Positions 57,765-64,000 of a stretch of 64,000 nt of DNA are shown here, in pieces (positions within the stretch are counted from its first letter, which is position 1; each line of letters starts with the position of its first letter). This DNA comes from the human T2T-CHM13v2.0 reference genome, Homo sapiens. Position numbers and translations under genes: made by a program. The notes under the pieces were generated by a model. That model was not told where the DNA came from. It worked only from the letters and a program-made list of their open reading frames with translations, and did not search any database. Where the stretch lies: the NCBI RefSeq assembly GCF_009914755.1, contig NC_060938.1. One strand, written 5' to 3'.

Positions 57765-57883
57765 TAATTATCTGTCTCTCCCACCAGAATAAAAGTTTCC
57801 TGAGGTCAAGGACTTCCTTTTCCCTGCCAAAATGGTGTCCAGAACTTTGAGGTATCTAATAAATATTGTGAATGAATGAATGG
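57765..57883 (+). mobile_element. L2 3' terminus hosting ESRRB exon 2
   Basis: tgtctctcccaccagaataaaagtttcctgaggtcaaggact...ggtatctaataaatattgtgaatgaatgaatg resembles the L2 end ctccccactagaatgtaagctccatgagggcagggac...ggtgctcaataaatatttgttgaatgaatga. Confidence 0.7.
57788..57851 (+). other. ESRRB: ESRRB 5'UTR exon 2 (64 nt)
   Basis: Acceptor tctctcccaccag|AATAAAAG and donor TTTGAG|gtatct. Joins the distal exon 1 and exon 3 as in the recalled mRNA (..GGTG-AATAAAAG..TTTGAG-GCCAGAGG..). Confidence 0.85.
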
Positions 57884-58477
57884 CCAGACCATGGGCTGTG
57901 ATCTCTTAGCTAATGTCCTAGAATTTACACCTTCAGCAGAGCCCCTTGGGAAATGGCAGTCAGCGTTGCAGCCACCTTCACCTCTTCCTCCACCGTCTCC
58001 TCTTCCTTTATTGTTTCTGCCTCCTTTTCTCCCTCCCCTTCCCAGTGCTTAGAATCGTCTCTGGCAACAGCTCCAGCCCAGCCTTTTGAAAATACACTTA
58101 ATGATGGTTTTGACTTGTTTTCTAAAAGCAACAAAATCATTTGGAACCAAGAAGATTAGCTGTTTTTTTGGCCACTGAGGTCCTTAACTCAGAGATGATA
58201 AATAGGGCACGGTAATCAGATCAGTATTTTGTTGTGGGCAGTAAACTATCTCTAATGGTCATTCCCCTTATAGAGGAGGGCTCAGTATGAAAGAACAGGG
58301 ACAGAGAGACCCAGGAAGCCCCTCAGAAGGGGACAGACCCAGCTGGATGTTGACATTCTGGTTGCATCGTTTTCTAAAGCAATTTCCTGAGTTTTTGCCC
58401 TCCTGTGTGTATTTACATAGACACGAACTTTAAGCCTGACACCTCAGAAGCTGTTTGGGAAGGATGGGCTCGCAGAT

Positions 58478-58800
58478 TTTGTTTTTGTCTTTGTTTGTTT
58501 GATTGTTTTTTAGATAGGGCCTCTCTCTGTCACTGAGGCTGGAGTGCAGTGGCGTGATCAGAGCTCACTGCAGACTTGAAACTCCTCGGCTGAGGCAATC
58601 CTCCCACCTCAGCCTCCCAAGTAGCTGGGACTACAGGCACACACCACTGCACCACTACCACTACACCCGGCTAATTTTTTTTTTGTAGAGACAGGTTCTT
58701 GCTGTGTTGGCCAGGCTGGTCTCAAACTCCTGCCCTCTAGCAATACGCCTGCTTCGGCCTCCCAAACTGCTGGGGTTACAGGTGTGAGCCACTGTGCCCA
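58478..58800 (-). mobile_element. AluJ
   Basis: Diverged reverse Alu. Confidence 0.9.
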
Positions 58801-59093
58801 TCTGGTTCCCAGAACTGAAGAAGGCCTGGAACCTAGAGGGCAGATGAACCGATAATGGGAGTGTTTCCTTGTAAGTTGCCTTGGGAAGTAGTGTGGGTGG
58901 TTTATCTTGGGCATTTAAGTCCATGAGCATGATCAGAAGAGGTAGAATGCTTCCAGGGGGCTTGTTGGTGAGACCTCAGGAAAATGGACAAAGGAAAAGA
59001 CAGAAGGAAAATGGACAAAGCTCGGGATTTGCACATGGCCTGCTGTAGCCAAACTACCCTTAGGATTTAGCCCTTCTCCCTGCCAAGCCTCTC

Positions 59094-59315
59094 TGAGGTC
59101 GCGCCACTGCACTCCAGCCTGGCAACAGAGCGAGACTCTGTCTCAAAAAAAAAAAGGTGTGGTGGCATGCACCTGTAGTCTTAGCTACTAGGAAGGCTGA
59201 GGCAAGAGTCACTTGAGCCAAGGAATATGAGGCTCAGGAGTTTCAGGTTACAGTGAGCTATGATTGTGCCGCGTCACTCCAGCCTGGGTGACAGAGTGAG
59301 ACCCTGTCTCAGAAA
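59094..59315 (+). mobile_element. Fused Alu fragments (3' tail of one plus right arm of an AluJ)
   Basis: tgaggtcgcgccactgcactccagcctggcaacagagcgagactctgtctc(A)12 joined directly to ggtgtggtggcatgcacctgtagtc. Confidence 0.85.
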
Positions 59316-59855
59316 AAGGGAAAGAAAATCTAACCTATAAATTATTTTCTAACATAATGAAATGTTTACGAATATACCATTAATGAAGCAAGTTGACATT
59401 AGGTTGTGCTTTGTGGACATTTAATTACACATTTAAACATTTTGATCTTGCATTTTTCCTTTTCATATTTGGGGATTAAAAATGTATTTGCATATTTCAA
59501 GCATGTTGAAGGTCTTTGGAAAAACTCAAAGGCCAGAAGCTCTGTGCCTACAGGGCTGAGTGGACAAACCGCCCCTGCTCCGGCCCTAAGAAATTACAGA
59601 GTAAGGAAGAGGCAAGGGAGGACACTGGAGAAAAATGAAGCATTGACTGGAGATGTCTCTGAGGGTCTCTGAGGGTGGGAGGTGGGGTTGGGGCTGGGAG
59701 TTAGGGCTTGGTTCTCAATGGTTTTCTGATATCTAGTTCATTTAATCCCCATTGCCTGGGGAGCTCTTCCCCTAACTCTCCAGATACCCATTAGCTCCCT
59801 TCCTCTCTTCATTAAAGATTCTACTCAAATGTCACATTGGTTAAAACAGTGCCCC

Positions 59856-60163
59856 GGCTGGGTGCAGTGGCTCACACCTGTAATCCCAGCACTTTGGGAG
59901 ACTGAGGCAGGTGGATCACGAGGTCAGGAGTTAGAGACCAGCCTAGACAACATAGTGAAACCCCGTCTCTACTAAAAATACAAAAAACTAGCCAGGTGTG
60001 ATGGCAGGCACCTGTAATCCCAGCTACTTGGGAGGCTGAAGCAGGAGAATTGCTTGAACCCAGAGGCAGAGGTTGCGGTGAGCCAAGATCATGCCATTGC
60101 ACTCCAGCCTGGGCAACAAGAGCAAGACTTCGTCAAAAAACAAACAAACAAACAAACAAAAAA
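59856..60163 (+). mobile_element. AluS with (AAAC)n tail, TSD cagtgcccc, inside an L2
   Basis: Full-length Alu. An L2 tail (gaatgaacaaatgaataaatgaat) follows at ~60300-60425. Confidence 0.92.
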
Positions 60164-60529
60164 CCAGTGCCCCATCCTTGCCCATCCTTGTCTAACACAA
60201 GATGTAGTGCTAAGAAGCCATTAATGCCATGTGGACAAATAAACAGACTAATTGGGTAGGGAGAGTCCTCTGTTATTGATTAGTCTGTTTACTTGTGCGT
60301 GCTCTGTCTTGATCCGCCTCCTGCGGGCAGGGAATGTGTTGTATTCACCAGTGTCTGGCACCTAAAGGCTCCACAATAAATGCGTGGTTGTTGGCACAAT
60401 GAATGAACAAATGAATAAATGAATCTTGGCCCTCCCTGCCTCCAGTGGCTGTTGGGAGAATCAGGTGAGAGAAAATGCAGTCTTCAAAGGATAAGCTGAT
60501 GTGCCGTCGGCCCCAGGAGTCACAGCACA

Positions 60530-60690
60530 TTTTCTCTTTCTAGGAGTCCTTAAAATGCAGGCAGAAGCTCATCCTCAGAAATTCTGAGTCAGTCGGTTGG
60601 GGGCAGAGACCAGCGATCTGAATTTAACAAACTCTTTGGGTGATACTGATGCTGCTGGTCATCAGCCTATGCTGGGAGGAGACTTTGCTG
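60530..60690. mobile_element. MER5-like fragment
   Basis: cttaaaatgcag..cctcagaaattctgagtcagtcggttggggg..atctgaatttaacaa..ggtgatactgatgctgctggtc. Confidence 0.6.
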
Positions 60691-60854
60691 ACAACTAGCT
60701 GTCACTTTTTAGTCATTTTGCTGAGCGGGACACAAATGTAGAGCCACAATGCAATGTGACCCTAGAGCCCATGGTTCCAGAGTCGGGGGTTGCCCCTCTC
60801 CATGTTTGAGGGCCGAAGAGCCTGCATCGAGCAGAGCCACCAGGCTAAATCCTC

Positions 60855-60863
60855 TGACCTTGA
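60855..60863 (-). promoter_or_regulatory. Perfect ERR response element TCAAGGTCA
   Basis: TGACCTTGA on the + strand, ~70 nt upstream of exon 3. Motif match only. Confidence 0.45.
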
Positions 60864-60934
60864 CTTTGGTTTAGGGACCAGAGTCTGGTATCTAAGTGCG
60901 ATCTTACTCTAGCTTTCCCATCTGTTCTGTTTAG

Positions 60935-60988
60935 GCCAGAGGTGATCCAGTGATTTGGGAGCTGCAGGTCACACAGGCTGCTCAGAGG
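60935..60988 (+). other. ESRRB: ESRRB 5'UTR exon 3 (54 nt)
   Basis: Polypyrimidine tract plus acceptor ctgttctgtttag|GCCAGAGG, and consensus donor CAGAGG|gtaagt. Matches the recalled mRNA. Confidence 0.88.
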
Positions 60989-61688
60989 GTAAGTTGGGTC
61001 CAGTCGGGCCAGCAGGGCCACATGGCCGATTCACACTCAGTCCAAAACCCTCGTGGCTGAGCATTGATGCAGACCATGCTGTCTTGTGGGAGTGGTCTGG
61101 GTGCCTCTAGGAGGGCAGAAATACCACATTACTGCCTGGTGACCTTGGAAAGGGGGACAGAGGTGCTGGCACTGGGATGCTGAGCAGCCAAAGCCAGTGA
61201 GACCCACGTGGAGGGAGGCAGCTAGCTTGCTTGCTTCCTGAAAGCCAGACAGAGCCTCTCAGCCTAATTTGCTTGTGCCAGGCAGCCTGTGAATTCTTAT
61301 AGCCAAACCACCTGGTGGGTGACTGTTGACACGGGACTGCCGGGTCCTGGCAGCCCAGCCCTAGCACAGACACCAGGCAGCACACAGACCTCAGGTCACA
61401 TAGGCACTGGCCAGTCTTTGAGGACACAGTGTCTGGCTCCAGTTATTTCTACCTGCAGTACAGTCTCGGGGCCCTGAGTCAACAGGCGGGTTTGAGAGGA
61501 CTTCAGGTCTTGGCCCCAAAAAAGTGCACATGACCAGGTTCACGGTCACCTCAGGCTATCTGGCCCCACTCATTGATTCATGCTTATGTTCATTCTACAG
61601 AAATTATTCAGCACCTTCTACGAAGACACAAAGAAGGAAAGGAGTTCCCATCTGTCCTTAAAGAACTTAACTGTTAAATGATGTCCCA

Positions 61689-62009
61689 GGCTGGGCTCAG
61701 TGGCTCACGCCTGTAATCCCAACATCTTGGGAGGCCGAGGCAAAAGGGTCACTTGAGCCCAGGAGTTTGAGACCAGCCTAAGCAACATGGCAAGACTCTG
61801 TCTCTACAAAAAATTTTTAAAAATTAACCAGGTGCAGGTGCATGGGGGTGCATGCCTGTGGTCCCAGCTCCTCCGGAGGCTAAGGTGGTGGGGCGATTGC
61901 TTGAGCCTGGGAGGTCAAGGCTGCAGTGAACCAAGATCACACCACTGCACTCCAGCCTGGGTGACAGAGTGAGACCCTGTCTCAAAAAAAAAAAAAAAAA
62001 AAAAAAAAA
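61689..62009 (+). mobile_element. AluJ with long poly(A)
   Basis: J-type Alu dimer. Confidence 0.92.
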
Positions 62010-62941
62010 GATAAGCACTACATAGAGCAGTGGGCAGCCCCCAAATGCATAGAGCTGGCATGCAGCAGGCACTCAGTAAATCTTGGTTGAATGAGCAAGG
62101 TGCTGGAGGAGCTAGGAGGAGAGAGTGAGAAACTGGCCAGGGAAAGCTCCTGCATGAAGGAAAAGGAAAAGGCATTCTACATGAAAGGTGTGAATGTTAC
62201 AAAATATATGAGGAGTAATGTGGCCATGTGGAGAAGTAAGAGCTCACTTCCATTGAGCGCTTCATTTCAACCAGGCATTGTTCTGAACATATTACACATA
62301 TCATCTCTTTAACCTTTGAGATAGGGCCTATTGTTGTCACTCCCATTTTATAATTGCACAGCCTGAGGCCCAGAGAGGCTGAGCTTAAGGCCATGCAGGT
62401 AGTGAGTGGCAGAGTCAGGTGTTAATCCACTCACCAATGGGCACTTAACCCAACCTGAGCCTCCACTTCTCCATCTGTAAAATGGGAACGCCCGGGCTTC
62501 CCCTGACAGTTTCTTGGACAGATTAAGAAAGCTGTGCATGAGTGCACATGGAATGTCTGTGAAAAAGTTACAAGATTCACAGAAAACTTGCTAACAATGG
62601 TTACCTTTGGGGAGGCTGCCTAGAGGACCAAGGATTAGAGAAAGTATGTATCAGTTTTTGGATCTCTTTTTGGGCCTCCAGCGGGTGAAAGTTAAAATGA
62701 CAAGCAGCCTAAATGGGAAGGAGTTGGAGGGTGGGTTAAGTTTGAAAGGAGAAAGAGCAGTTGAGGCTGGAGAAAGGATGTTATTTGACTGTAGCGAACA
62801 CTCTGCCTGCACCCCCCAGTCCCTCTCTCTTTGAGGGGAAGGATGCCGTGGCGACGGTCTTCCTCCTTAATATAGTATGTACATTTTATCTCTGCAGACT
62901 TCTTGCAGACTTGGTTTAAAGATCTCAGCTCAATACCATTA

Positions 62942-63637
<696 letters not shown>

Positions 63638-64000
63638 GACTTGGTGTATTGCTTACCATTTTTGAGCCATTATATATACATTTTGTTTCATTTTTTCAGT
63701 CTTTTAAAAAAAAGTAATACATTCACATGTGTAACAAAAATGTCAAACACTATGAGAGTGCAGGCAGTGACTGGTAGGGTATTTTTCCTCCCCTAATCCT
63801 TGGTCCCCTAGACAGAATCCCTAAAAGTAGCCACAGTTACCAAGTTTTCTGTGAACCTTACAATATTTTCAAAAATTGTCCATGTGCACTCATACACAGC
63901 TTTCTTAATCCCTCCAAGAAACCTGCAGAGGAAACTTGGTGTTCCCATTTTACAGATGGAGAATGGAGGCACAGGTTGGTTAAGTGCCCACTGGTGAAGG

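Overview
This is primate (almost certainly human) euchromatic DNA, dense in Alu, MIR and L2 repeats, covering the 5' end of ESRRB (estrogen-related receptor beta, NR3B2; chr14q24.3) on the + strand. I identified the gene by recalling its mRNA and protein sequences, not by a search. Four exon-like segments are visible. (i) A distal non-coding first exon at ~24745-24984. (ii) A CpG-island first exon carrying the start of the long N-terminus MDVSELCIPDPLGYHN(Q), CDS 29799-29848. (iii, iv) Two small 5'-UTR exons, 57788-57851 and 60935-60988. The first common coding exon (..LLNRMSSDDRH..) lies beyond the window. The rest is intronic or upstream sequence with ~25 Alus, many MIR/L2 pieces, MLT1/MLT2/LTR16-like LTRs and MADE1, MER5, MER53, MER63 and Tigger3a DNA-transposon relics. 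Apart from one candidate uORF, the ORFs in the supplied track look spurious. I see no new gene system such as an operon, CRISPR array or novel protein. The most interesting signals form a candidate translational and splicing switch on the ERRbeta N-terminus: a 5-codon uORF whose TGA overlaps the main ATG (TGATG), a tandem GTAGGT donor hiding an in-frame TAG, an exonised L2 tail and a second cassette exon that would each stop the N-terminal extension, and five uATGs in the distal 5'UTR. There are also candidate autoregulatory ERREs, an Oct/ERRE cluster, a CRX/NRL/POU-motif-rich intronic block and an orphan CpG island with a strong CTCF motif. All regulatory claims are motif-level inferences.
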